Source: an uncultured Nitrospiraceae bacterium (GTDB lineage: Bacteria > Nitrospirota > Nitrospiria > Nitrospirales > Nitrospiraceae). Taken from it: DNA of 64,000 bases. This document shows, one piece after another, positions 9,497 through 18,975 of the stretch. Location: NCBI GenBank assembly GCA_963706325.1, contig CAVPLT010000001.1:32001-96000 (forward strand), read 5' to 3'. A model generated the notes under the pieces. The model searched no databases and was not told where the DNA came from. It saw nothing but the letters and a program-made list of their open reading frames with translations. The position numbers and the translations under genes are program-made. The first letter of the stretch is position 1. Each line of letters begins with the position of its first letter.

Positions 9497-10822
9497 CTAT
9501 GTGGCTCGTTTCAAGCTCAGCATGTACGTCGTCAAATCGTTGAGCTGTTCGTCGGTCAGAGGAAATTTCGGCATGAACGATCCGGGCATCACGGATTGAG
9601 GATCACGGAAATGTTTGATGTGCCACGCCCGGTCGGGCCTTGTCTCACCGATGGTCGACAGGTCCGGCGCCACGGCTGCGCCTTCACCATGGATGCGATG
9701 GCACCCGGCGCAGCCGAATTCGGCATACAAGGCCTTGCCTCGCGCGACGGCCGGATCGGTCCTCGGCACCGCATACAAATTTTTCATCGAGATGCCCAGC
9801 AGTCCGAGTACGACGAGGAGAAAGACCAGGCCGCTGCCCAAGGCCATGGGTCTCCCGGTAGGATTCCGCACCGGATTCCGATCGATAAAGGGCCAGAACA
9901 ACATGATCAGGATGACGCCGAGCGGCAAGACCCAGGTCGCGAGGGGTTCAAGCGGTCCATGCACATGCTTGAGCAGTTCGTAATAGAACAGAAAGTACCA
10001 TTCGGGCACCGGCACGAAACTGGTATCCGAGGGATCGGCTTTGTCCGTCAAGGGAAGGGGGATGGCAAATGCCAGGATCGCGACCACCAGGAAGACTCCC
10101 GCCATGACGACCGCGTCCATATACACCTGCCTGGGAGCGAAGGTTTCGCTGCCCAGCGAGGCCCGGTCGTCGGTCCAGGGTCCGGCCGGTCCCACCCGGC
10201 GCAAGATGAACAGGTGCAAGACGATTCCACTGATCAGGATGGCCGGAAGAAACAGGACATGGATCGCAAAAAACCGTGACAGCGTCAATGCGCCGAGCGT
10301 CTCTCCGCCGCGCAAGACTCGGGATAGCAGGTCTCCGACGATCGGAACGGTCCCAGCCATATTGATGCCGATCTGCGTCGCCCAATAGGCGGTTTGATCC
10401 CAGGGAAGCAGGTACCCGGTAAACGCGAAAGACATGACGATGAGAAACAGCCCCACACCCACCATCCACATCACCTCGCGCGGTGATTTGTACGCGCCAT
10501 ACAGAAACGTCTGGAGCATGTGCAGGCCGATCGCCACCACCATCGCCGACGCGCCCCAATGGTGGAGTCCCCGCACGAACCAGCCGAAGGTGATCTCGGT
10601 TTCAATGAATCGGACGCTGTCATACGCGTGGTCGGGCGTCGGGGCGTAGTACAACGCGAGGAACATACCTGTGGAGGCTTGCAACAGAAACAGGAAGAGT
10701 GTCGCGGAGCCGAACACATAGATCCAGCTGGCCCCGCCGGGAATCGGCTCATCAAGCAATGTCCGCTGGACCGGCTTGAGGTTCAGGCGGCTGTCGAGCC
10801 ACGTGTAGATGCGTGAAGCCAT
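9497..10822 (-). CDS. Cytochrome b of a Rieske/cytb complex fused to a C-terminal cytochrome c
   Basis: RGLHHWGAS, GYLLPWDQ, RFFAIH...LH, PEWY; C-terminal CAGCH...MP. Confidence 0.92.
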   Translation of the reverse strand: MASRIYTWLDSRLNLKPVQRTLLDEPIPGGASWIYVFGSATLFLFLLQASTGMFLALYYAPTPDHAYDSVRFIETEITFGWFVRGLHHWGASAMVVAIGLHMLQTFLYGAYKSPREVMWMVGVGLFLIVMSFAFTGYLLPWDQTAYWATQIGINMAGTVPIVGDLLSRVLRGGETLGALTLSRFFAIHVLFLPAILISGIVLHLFILRRVGPAGPWTDDRASLGSETFAPRQVYMDAVVMAGVFLVVAILAFAIPLPLTDKADPSDTSFVPVPEWYFLFYYELLKHVHGPLEPLATWVLPLGVILIMLFWPFIDRNPVRNPTGRPMALGSGLVFLLVVLGLLGISMKNLYAVPRTDPAVARGKALYAEFGCAGCHRIHGEGAAVAPDLSTIGETRPDRAWHIKHFRDPQSVMPGSFMPKFPLTDEQLNDLTTYMLSLKRAT

Positions 10823-10898
10823 TCTGCTCCCAGTTATGAATTCCGAATGATGAGTTGCTCAATGATGGGTTTCAATTTAACAAATCCTAATTCATCAC

Positions 10899-11450
10899 TC
10901 ATAACTGCACGCTTCGCGGTTGCCCTGACTTGAATTCCGTATACATGACGAGGAGCCGTCCATTCTCCACCTTCATCGGAAGCTGATCGAGCGGACGAGG
11001 GGCTGGACCTGCCAGCACTTGTCCGTTCATGTCGAACGAACTACCGTGACAGGGGCACTGAAACTTATTCGTCCCGTCATCCCATCGATAGCCGCACCCC
11101 AAGTGGGTACAGATCGGTGAAAAGACCTTCACGTCGCCCTCCGGGTACCTTACCGCCCACACCGCCTTCTGCGATTTGGTTTCCATCCAGCCGTCGCGAA
11201 TGGTTGTGACATGGTCCAATTGGGTGGGATGGCCGACAGGCAACTCGTCCACGGCTCCGACATCCACCCAGTCGCGCTTGCGACGCATGAAGGCCGGCGC
11301 AATAAACGAGCTGAGCAGGGGAATGGAAAGTCCCACTCCAATGAAACCCGCTGCTGCAACGGTCACCCAATGGAAAAAGGTACGCCGGGATCCGACCGGA
11401 GTGGAGAGCCCCTTGGCCGATTGGAGATCAGGTTGTTCTTGATGGCTCAC
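10899..11450 (-). CDS. Rieske [2Fe-2S] subunit of a cytochrome bc complex
   Basis: SRRTFF Tat anchor; CTHLGC, CPCHGS, GPAPRPL; start is 11450 (GTG with RBS) or 11480. Confidence 0.92.
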   Translation of the reverse strand: MSHQEQPDLQSAKGLSTPVGSRRTFFHWVTVAAAGFIGVGLSIPLLSSFIAPAFMRRKRDWVDVGAVDELPVGHPTQLDHVTTIRDGWMETKSQKAVWAVRYPEGDVKVFSPICTHLGCGYRWDDGTNKFQCPCHGSSFDMNGQVLAGPAPRPLDQLPMKVENGRLLVMYTEFKSGQPRSVQL

Positions 11451-11492
11451 ATGTCGCTCCCCTTCGCTTTCAACCTGCACAACCGGCTACGC

Positions 11493-11705
11493 TCATTTCA
11501 CGGTATCCATCGGACAGGTATTGATGCCGAACAGACTCCAGACAGGACAGAACCCGATCGTGCCAGTAAGTAGGGCGATCGCGCCGATAGCCAGCGTGAT
11601 CCCCATTCCAATCGGCGGAAGGTCCGCGAAGGCGCCGATCCCGATCAACACAACACCGAGCACGATACGAATAGGCCGCTCAATTCCACCTACATTGCAT
11701 GCCAT
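11493..11705 (-). CDS. DUF2892 (YgaP-like) small membrane protein
   Basis: CNVGGIERPIR...GFCPVWSLFGINTC. Confidence 0.85.
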   Translation of the reverse strand: MACNVGGIERPIRIVLGVVLIGIGAFADLPPIGMGITLAIGAIALLTGTIGFCPVWSLFGINTCPMDTVK

Positions 11706-11817
11706 GACGTCTCCCTCCATCTGATCTCGCCAGGTGCAGCTTGTTACCGGGGATGGTTCGAGCCTCACTACCTGTGAGCCACGCTGTGGTGAAAGGATTC
11801 AACTCGTCTGCTGCTGC

Positions 11818-12285
11818 CTACTTCGTCGCAAATCGATACATATCATGACAGGTCGTACATCGTGCCGTCATGCTGGATAGGCGGTTGAGAATCTGTACCG
11901 AGGATTCACCCTGCGCGATGCCGTCCGCCAAATGATCCATGTCTTTATGAATGGACATGCCCATTTGCTTAAAGGCAAGGGGCAATTTCACCATGATCGC
12001 GGGATTGAAGTCCGCTGCCATGTGCATCCCAACTGCGCGCGCCGTCGCTTCAGCCGCCTTGAAATTTTGTTCCGGGTCACTCAGCACCGTCACGACACCA
12101 TGCACGGCCTTGAGCAGGTGACGCATCTCCGCCAACACCAGGTCTCGTTCCGCCGGCGAGAGAATAATCTCCGTGCGCCCATCTGTTCCTGGCCTGGTAT
12201 GCCCGTGAACAAAGAGCGCGACCATCAGGCCCATCGTCATAACCCAGAGCAACAGCGCTCCCAACCCAAGTATGCGCCAACTCAT
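11818..12285 (-). CDS. Membrane-anchored helical cytochrome c (cytochrome c'-like)
   Basis: C-terminal CTTCH, N-terminal hydrophobic segment, helical body. Confidence 0.75.
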   Translation of the reverse strand: MSWRILGLGALLLWVMTMGLMVALFVHGHTRPGTDGRTEIILSPAERDLVLAEMRHLLKAVHGVVTVLSDPEQNFKAAEATARAVGMHMAADFNPAIMVKLPLAFKQMGMSIHKDMDHLADGIAQGESSVQILNRLSSMTARCTTCHDMYRFATK

Positions 12286-12487
12286 ATGAACATGCGCTCC
12301 ATTCGTTTAGGACGTGAGCTTAACAATCCCATAATTTCCTCACAAGCCGTTCTGAGCAGTATAGAGCCGGGAGAGCGTGAACCTTGTCAAACGGTCGAAA
12401 TCCAGACCCGTCGCACCTTGAGACCGTACCTGGTCAAGATTTGCATGGAATGGAGACCTGCAGCGAAATGGCAGCGATCCCGCCCGT

Positions 12488-14131
12488 TCACTGGTCGTGC
12501 CGTTCTCGCAGTCGATCCGACAAACGCAGATTCTCGGAATAATCGACGGGACAATCGATGACCGCCGGTCGGCCGCATGCCAGCGCCGCCCTCATGACCG
12601 CTCCTAACTCGGACGGCCCTTCCACTCGAAATCCAGCCGCCCCGAAACTTTTGGCATAGGCGACGAAATCCGGATTGTTGAATTCGACGCCGGAGGTCCG
12701 GTGAAAACGAACCTGTTGATTCCAGCGAATCACGCCATACCCATCGTCCCGCCAGATGAGGATGACGATCGGCAGGCCAAGGCGCACCGCCGTTTCAAGT
12801 TCTTGAGAATTCATCATGAAGCCTGCGTCACCCGTCACGGCCACCACCTGACGTTCCGGATAGAGAAGCTGTGCGGCGACGGCACCCGGTAGCCCGATAC
12901 CCATGGCGGCAAAGCCATTCGAAATGATGCAGGTGTTCGGCTGCTCGCAAGGAAACATTCTCGCCATCCACAGCTTGTGCGCGCCCACGTCACATATCAC
13001 CAGAGCGTTTGGCTTGAGCGCCGCGCGCAATTCACTCACGATGTGCTGCGGTCTCATGGGCCAGCTATGGGACTCCGCCTGCTCTTTATCGAATCCATCC
13101 TGAATAACCTGGCGACAGTGCCGACCCCATTCCAGGGGGAAGGCACGCAGAGATTGTCCGATCAAGTCGATCGACAGCGCGATGTCGCCGACCACCCCGA
13201 CCCCGACAACATAATGCGCATCCACTTCTGCCGGCGCGACGTCGACATGAACGATCGGCTTATGGCGATCGGGATTCCAAAAACAGGGAGCATATTCGAC
13301 CGGATCATAACCCACTGCGATCACGAGGTCGCTTTCGGCGAGCACCTGCGCCGCATAGTCCTGCATTTGCAAACCGATGGTGTAGAGAGACAAGGGGTCG
13401 GAATCCGGCATCACGCCCTTGGCCATGAAGGTATGAATGACTGGAACGCCGAATCGTCGCGCGAACCGCCGCACTGCTTCTGTCCCCGCCCCGCGTACGA
13501 TTCCATTTCCCGCCAGCAACACCGGTCGTGTGGACTTCTCGATGAATTCGACCGCACGGGCGACTTGAAGCGGCGCCGGTTCCGGGAGTATGGGATGTTG
13601 CACCAGCAAGGGTTCGACCAGGTCAGTATCCGTCACATGTTGAGCGGCTACGTCTTCCGGCAGCTCCAGGTGCGTGGCGCCGGGCTTTTCAGTCTCCGCC
13701 ACCTTGAATGCCTTCCGCACGGCTTCCGGAATGATGTGCGGCCTGGAAATCTCGGCACTCCATTTTGTCACGGAACGAAACATCGACCGGACGTCGATGG
13801 ATTGGTGCGACTCTTTGTGCATGCGATCGAGTGACACCTGTGCTGTCAGCGCCACGAGGGGCGCGCGATCGAGATACGCATCCGCCACACCGGTGAGCAG
13901 ATTCGTGGCGCCAGGACCTAGGGTAGAGAGACAGACACCGGCTTTACCCGTGAGTCGTCCCTGCACATCGGCCATGAAGGCGGCGCCCTGCTCGTGCCTC
14001 GTCACCACGAGGCTGATGGAGGAACCGAGCAGCGCATCCATCACATCGAGGTTTTCTTCACCCGGCACGCCGAACACGTACCTCACGCCTTCATTTTCTA
14101 AACAGCGGATGAGTAACTCAGATGCCTTCAT
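12488..14131 (-). CDS. Acetolactate synthase large subunit-like TPP enzyme (no small subunit adjacent)
   Basis: FGVPGEEN, RHEQGAAFMA, TLGPGATN, GDAGFMMNSQELET. Confidence 0.9.
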   Translation of the reverse strand: MKASELLIRCLENEGVRYVFGVPGEENLDVMDALLGSSISLVVTRHEQGAAFMADVQGRLTGKAGVCLSTLGPGATNLLTGVADAYLDRAPLVALTAQVSLDRMHKESHQSIDVRSMFRSVTKWSAEISRPHIIPEAVRKAFKVAETEKPGATHLELPEDVAAQHVTDTDLVEPLLVQHPILPEPAPLQVARAVEFIEKSTRPVLLAGNGIVRGAGTEAVRRFARRFGVPVIHTFMAKGVMPDSDPLSLYTIGLQMQDYAAQVLAESDLVIAVGYDPVEYAPCFWNPDRHKPIVHVDVAPAEVDAHYVVGVGVVGDIALSIDLIGQSLRAFPLEWGRHCRQVIQDGFDKEQAESHSWPMRPQHIVSELRAALKPNALVICDVGAHKLWMARMFPCEQPNTCIISNGFAAMGIGLPGAVAAQLLYPERQVVAVTGDAGFMMNSQELETAVRLGLPIVILIWRDDGYGVIRWNQQVRFHRTSGVEFNNPDFVAYAKSFGAAGFRVEGPSELGAVMRAALACGRPAVIDCPVDYSENLRLSDRLRERHDQ

Positions 14132-14237
14132 CGTAGCCTGTCTTACCGGGCTGCGGAAAAACGTTGTTGGCGCACGATACATTCAACGGCCCGCACATGC
14201 AGCCACAGGAAGCTGCCGGACGTTTTCAGCATGCTGC

Positions 14238-14423
14238 TAGGAGCCTGTCCGAGTAATCCTTCGTAGCGAGGCGAAGGAGCTGCCGGTGGATGCGAGGCCG
14301 CAGGCTCGAAAAAACTGGAAGCGTATTCCCTGAATACGTTGAGGATTTTTGCGAGCCGAGAACGACGCAGATGCCGGCAGATCATTCGTCGCAGCAGGAT
14401 GGCATTACCCGGACAGACTCCTA
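14238..14423. mobile_element. ~186-bp MITE-like non-autonomous element
   Basis: Terminal inverted repeats TAGGAGCCTGTCCGAGTAAT / ATTACCCGGACAGACTCCTA (18/20 match); TA at both ends; nested internal palindromes; no ORF. Confidence 0.75.
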
Positions 14424-14837
14424 CAGGTGGTAATCGCCTGACGCCTCAGGCTGATACAGCACTTCCTTGATTTTCACGGTCCGCATCCCGGCGGGCACAG
14501 GCCAATCCACCGTCCCGCCTGCCCGGGAACCCAACAGCGCGGTGCCGATCGGCGCGAGAATCGAGATCTTCTTCTCGGGGATGCTGGCCTCAGAGGGAAA
14601 CACCAGCGTATAGACGTTCTCCATACCCGTGTCTACGTCTACGATCCGAACTTGGGAGTTCATCGTGACCACATCATGAGGAATTGCAGATGGGTCCACG
14701 ACATGCGCGCGATCGAGCTCATTTTCTAAACTATCGAGATGATCCCGGTCACGTACTTTGGAGTTGATGCGCGCCTTGAGGACATCCCTGAGGCGATTCA
14801 AATCGAATTCGGTTATATAGATATCACGTGGGTTCAT
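14421..14837 (-). CDS. rnk: Regulator of nucleoside diphosphate kinase (GreA/GreB-like)
   Basis: IYITEFD, LENELDRA, DVVTMNSQV, ISILAPIGTALLG, YQPEA. Confidence 0.9.
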   Translation of the reverse strand: MNPRDIYITEFDLNRLRDVLKARINSKVRDRDHLDSLENELDRAHVVDPSAIPHDVVTMNSQVRIVDVDTGMENVYTLVFPSEASIPEKKISILAPIGTALLGSRAGGTVDWPVPAGMRTVKIKEVLYQPEASGDYHL

Positions 14838-15802
14838 GGCTCTACTCCTTTAATAATTTCGGTGACGCCCATCAGTTGCGGCGTGATACGACGTTGGCCC
14901 GGCGCGAACTTCGGCGTTTTGACGGTCAAGATCGGACAGGTCGCACGGCGCAACACCGCATCCGCCACGCTTCCAAACCGCCCGTTGGACAAACCCCGAC
15001 GGCCGTGTGTCCCCATGACGACAAGATCGGCGCGGTGCCGCAACGCGGAGGCCAGGATCGCATCGGAGGGAATTCCTCCCGAAATTTCCACATTGGCCGT
15101 CAAACCAATGGAGGTCACAAGATCCTTGAGTTCCGCTAGCTGCCTGGTCCAATGGTCTCGTTTTCGTCCTTCCTCCTCGATCCACCCGAGGCCGCAGTCC
15201 AAGTCGTAACTCACCGGTTCCAACACATGCATCAAGGTCAACGAGGCGCCGAGGCCCTGCGCCATTTGAACAGCATATTCCACAGAGTTGAGCGAGGGAC
15301 TCGAAAAGTCCAGCGGAGCCAGTATGTGCCGGATCGGCAACAGCGGGCTGGCGGTGAGCGGCTTACTCGCTTCTCCACGCAGCCCCGGCACCGCGAGAAC
15401 CGGACAGGGACCGTCTTTGACCACCCGTTCTATCGTACTGCCGATCAGCCCATACACTAGATTGGTTCGTCCCTGCATTCCGAGAACCACCAGGTCCACC
15501 CCCTTTTCCCGGGCGGCGAGACCGATATGTTCATTCGGCTTTCCGACCACCTGCCGTATTGTCGAAGCAATGCCGCTACGAACCATATGGTCCTCCACCA
15601 GCTCCAACCGGCGTGCGGCGTCTTGCCGTGCCTGCGCCACCACGGCAATCGTCCCCGCATCGGTGTTCAGCCACGGGGGCGCTTCGAGGACGTGAAGCAC
15701 GTCCAATGCGGCATCACAGGCGGTGGCCAGATACATGGCATACTCCTGCGCACGTGCGGCATCGTCTGAAAAATCTGTGGCAAAGAGAATCCGCGTGAAC
15801 AT
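14834..15802 (-). CDS. Tandem-domain universal stress protein
   Basis: RILFATDFS / HILAPLDFS; DLVVMGTHGRRG...GSVADAVLRRATCPIL. Confidence 0.92.
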   Translation of the reverse strand: MFTRILFATDFSDDAARAQEYAMYLATACDAALDVLHVLEAPPWLNTDAGTIAVVAQARQDAARRLELVEDHMVRSGIASTIRQVVGKPNEHIGLAAREKGVDLVVLGMQGRTNLVYGLIGSTIERVVKDGPCPVLAVPGLRGEASKPLTASPLLPIRHILAPLDFSSPSLNSVEYAVQMAQGLGASLTLMHVLEPVSYDLDCGLGWIEEEGRKRDHWTRQLAELKDLVTSIGLTANVEISGGIPSDAILASALRHRADLVVMGTHGRRGLSNGRFGSVADAVLRRATCPILTVKTPKFAPGQRRITPQLMGVTEIIKGVEP

Positions 15803-16123
15803 AGTGCTCCTTAATAGACGCGAGTCTAACGATACAGATAACCAGTTTCTCGATCAATGGAAGGCGGCCGCGGCAAGCGACCTATTAAGTTCGCCGAGGA
15901 TGAACGGTTCACGGGCATGAATTGAGCAAGACAGATGCCAGCCTTCCCTTCCGGCGTGACAATGCGGAAAGCCCGCAGCACCTCCTGCCCGGCGACCGGA
16001 CCGGGATCATGTCACCGGCCCACTGTGGCCATTTGCGGCAGCGATCCCCTCGTTGTGAGGCAATAGACCACTTTCTGGGTGGAGAAGCCACACGTTTCGC
16101 TCGCCGTCGATCAGAACTTCGGG

Positions 16124-17131
16124 TTATACGACTTGTTCCTCATCTTCTTCATCGCGAAGCAAGAACGAGCCCGACCGTTCTCCAGTCGCCGCGGCTCTCA
16201 AGTGTTCAGCGGGCGGCGTAGAACCTGCGCTCAGACGAGTAAGCGTCTCGACGATCCGGTCAGGGCTTCCCCAATCGCTCCACCAGACACCCTTCATCTC
16301 CATCACGGCCGTATCGCCGGGCGCATGCGCCAGGAGATCCCGTGAAAAATTAAGGCGGGGCATCTGCGCATAGATCGTGCGCAGAAGTTCCGGTTCCCTG
16401 GGCGTGTCGATCGCATCTCCGAGCCGTTCGAAGAGATCCATCATCCTTGGGAGCACCCGACGTCCAAGATTCCAGATGGTCTCCACGTTTCCGACCATCA
16501 TAAACGTATTCCACAGGGCTCCCGAACGATAGGCCAACTCTGCCAAAGCCGGCTCCGGTTTCTCCAGGAATGCTCTGACGGCTCGGACGGGGCGGGCGCC
16601 GAACCGGGTCAGATCATCGCCGGGTTGAATCCACCCATAGTCCGTTTCCGGGGCCGTAGGACGCGCCGCTAGTAACAATAGCCTTGTCGCCAGCTTCTCC
16701 GCGGCCCGCATGGCGTAGGCGACTTCGCCGAGAAATCTCCCTTCGGGAAATATGAAATGATCGGAAGGAGAAATCACGACCGTCCCCTTCAGATCTCGCG
16801 CCCGGATGTAGGTCAGCGGGAGAAAAATGCCCGGCGCGGTATCGGCATCCCCCGGTTGAACCAACACCATTCCCGGATCCCGTTCACCGATTTGGCCCCA
16901 GGCCTTCTGATGTCCCCGCCCGACAACGACGACCGTGCGCGTGGGATTCGTGAACTGCATGGTGCGGTCGAGGGTATGCTGAAACATCGACCGCGTCCCA
17001 ATGAACCGACAATATTGTTTCGGCGTCGTCCGGCCGAACCAACGCCTGATTGCCGGTTGCATCCGGACGCCTTCGCCTCCCGCTAACACGATCGACCAAC
17101 GCCGGCCATCCGGTTTCGTTATCTCCCGCAT
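16124..17131 (-). CDS. Sugar-phosphate nucleotidyltransferase (mannose-1-phosphate guanylyltransferase-like, no PMI domain)
   Basis: IVLAGGEG, PKQY, PSDH, YGWI, FLEKP, WSDWG. Confidence 0.85.
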   Translation of the reverse strand: MREITKPDGRRWSIVLAGGEGVRMQPAIRRWFGRTTPKQYCRFIGTRSMFQHTLDRTMQFTNPTRTVVVVGRGHQKAWGQIGERDPGMVLVQPGDADTAPGIFLPLTYIRARDLKGTVVISPSDHFIFPEGRFLGEVAYAMRAAEKLATRLLLLAARPTAPETDYGWIQPGDDLTRFGARPVRAVRAFLEKPEPALAELAYRSGALWNTFMMVGNVETIWNLGRRVLPRMMDLFERLGDAIDTPREPELLRTIYAQMPRLNFSRDLLAHAPGDTAVMEMKGVWWSDWGSPDRIVETLTRLSAGSTPPAEHLRAAATGERSGSFLLRDEEDEEQVV

Positions 17132-17242
17132 GATGATCCCCTTCCGTGGGTGATGGCCATGCGGCCGTCACTCCCGAGAGACGGCGTCCCCCATGCCACC
17201 CGCCGTTTCTGCCGGCTTCTTCGCGGTGAAGAGATCGGCTCC

Positions 17243-17353
17243 CTAGCCTGGTAGATCCAGCAGGGACAGACCCCAGAAGACCATCACTCCCATGGCCGCA
17301 ATAACCAACACCAGCAATAACGTGACCGGCGCCATAACTTTTAGATCCTTCAT
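17243..17353 (-). CDS. 36-aa single-pass membrane peptide (not in the ORF track)
   Basis: MKDLKVMAPVTLLLVLVIAAMGVMVFWGLSLLDLPG*; AAGGTG SD-like sequence upstream; lies downstream of a repeat-box promoter. Confidence 0.6.
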   Translation of the reverse strand: MKDLKVMAPVTLLLVLVIAAMGVMVFWGLSLLDLPG

Positions 17354-17415
17354 TTCATTCACCTTTTCTCAATCTATCCCAACGAGATCGTCCTGCTGAC
17401 TCTTGTCGTGATGCC

Positions 17416-17469
17416 ACTGTACTCAACCAAGATGAATCGACGATGAACATGACATGAAGAAGCGTTCAT
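17416..17469 (-). promoter_or_regulatory. OmpR-family-type activated promoter
   Basis: On the minus strand, ATGAA-N6-TTCAT-N6-TTCAT-N6-TTCAT (11-bp period) followed by a TACAGT -10-like box. Confidence 0.55.
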
Positions 17470-17550
17470 ATTGAGCGCGACCGGATCCGTCAATGGGTTG
17501 ACGGAAGAGTGCACGAGGGGTGGTCGAGAAGAGAGTGTCCCGTCGGACGA

Positions 17551-18975
17551 TCAACCCTGCGGAGCGGGCAGCGTCAGCGTGAAGACCGAGCCTTTTCCGA
17601 CTTCGCTCTGCACGGAAATGGAGCCATGGTGGGCCTCCGCGATTTCTTTCACGATGGGAAGGCCGAGGCCGTGGCCGCCCGAATCCCTGGCGCGCGCCGG
17701 GTCAGTCCTATAGAAACGCTCGAACAGCAGCGAAAGGTGCTCCTGCGCGATCCCTTGCCCCGTGTCTCGAACGGCCACGCGCACGTCGCCCCGAAAACCA
17801 CTCAACTGGACTGTGACGGCGCCGCCCGGATCCGTATATCGCAACGCATTATCCAACAGATTGATGAAGACCTGTTTCAAGCGCTCGGCATCGCCAAGTA
17901 CGGGTGGCACCGCCTCTTGCTCGAACACCAGCCGGATACCACGATCCTCCGCCACCGGCGTCAGGTCCTCGATCAACTCCCGCAGCAGCGGCTCGAGTGC
18001 GAGCAGAACGAGATCCACGGGCGGCCGGTCACCGGCGAAGCGAGCCAGAGTCAGGAGGGATCTCGTCAATACGATCAGGCGTTGCACCTGATAGAGGTTG
18101 GAGACGAGGACGTCCCGATATTCTTCGGCGGATCGTGCACGTTGTAACGCCACCTCCAGGTTGCCTTGAATGATGGTCAACGGCGTCTTCATTTCGTGCG
18201 CGGCGTAGTCCACGAATCGTCGCTGGCTTTCGGATGCTCTCTGCAAGCGGTCAAGCATGGCATTGAACGCCTGGGCCAGCTGCTCGAACTCCTCGAACGG
18301 CGCATTCAGATTCACCCGCGAGCGGAGGTCGGATGCAGAGATGCTTTCAGCGGTGCGACTGAGCGCCTCGATGGGCGTGAGGGCCTTACGGGCCAGCCAT
18401 CCGCTGCCGAACCACGATGTCGTCAGGACCGCCACGGACCCCAGCATGAGCAGGCCCATGAGGCTTCGATGCGTCCTCCTGAAAAACTCCAATGACTCTT
18501 CGGCCTGAAGCAGATAGCGTACCTCGTCCTGTTGCCGTATCGGAACGAAGACTTGACGAACCGACGCCCCGGAAGAGGTCTCGATCGTCTCATACACCAC
18601 CTCCCCGTTTTTGCCCCGTTCCAATACCGCGCCATCCACCGACGGCCTCGGGACCACCGCACTGCCTTCCCAAACCACCGTCCCGTCGAGCGACAGAATA
18701 TGAACCGAATGAGAGACCTCCCGCAGTTCCTGCATCCGTTCGTCGGCCACTTGCGCGCCTCGCGGGACGACGAGTTCATGGTCCGGCCGCTTCAACAACT
18801 CCGGCCGTTGTTCGATCAACTCGGCCAGGGTGTCGGCGATTCCGAACAACCGGCGGTCTAAGTACTGCTGCAGCAGACTGTGGAATCCGATATAGACGAG
18901 CATATTGAAGACGACGAGCAGGGCGGCGATGAGCGCCACCGTGTAGAGACGGAACTGTGTGCGGAAGCGGCTCAC
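17551..18975 (-). CDS. Sensor histidine kinase with HAMP (CusS/heavy-metal-sensor-like)
   Basis: Two TM helices, HAMP, AAHEMKTPL, NLLDNA, DTGQGI, FERFYR, GLGL. Confidence 0.92.
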   Translation of the reverse strand: MSRFRTQFRLYTVALIAALLVVFNMLVYIGFHSLLQQYLDRRLFGIADTLAELIEQRPELLKRPDHELVVPRGAQVADERMQELREVSHSVHILSLDGTVVWEGSAVVPRPSVDGAVLERGKNGEVVYETIETSSGASVRQVFVPIRQQDEVRYLLQAEESLEFFRRTHRSLMGLLMLGSVAVLTTSWFGSGWLARKALTPIEALSRTAESISASDLRSRVNLNAPFEEFEQLAQAFNAMLDRLQRASESQRRFVDYAAHEMKTPLTIIQGNLEVALQRARSAEEYRDVLVSNLYQVQRLIVLTRSLLTLARFAGDRPPVDLVLLALEPLLRELIEDLTPVAEDRGIRLVFEQEAVPPVLGDAERLKQVFINLLDNALRYTDPGGAVTVQLSGFRGDVRVAVRDTGQGIAQEHLSLLFERFYRTDPARARDSGGHGLGLPIVKEIAEAHHGSISVQSEVGKGSVFTLTLPAPQG

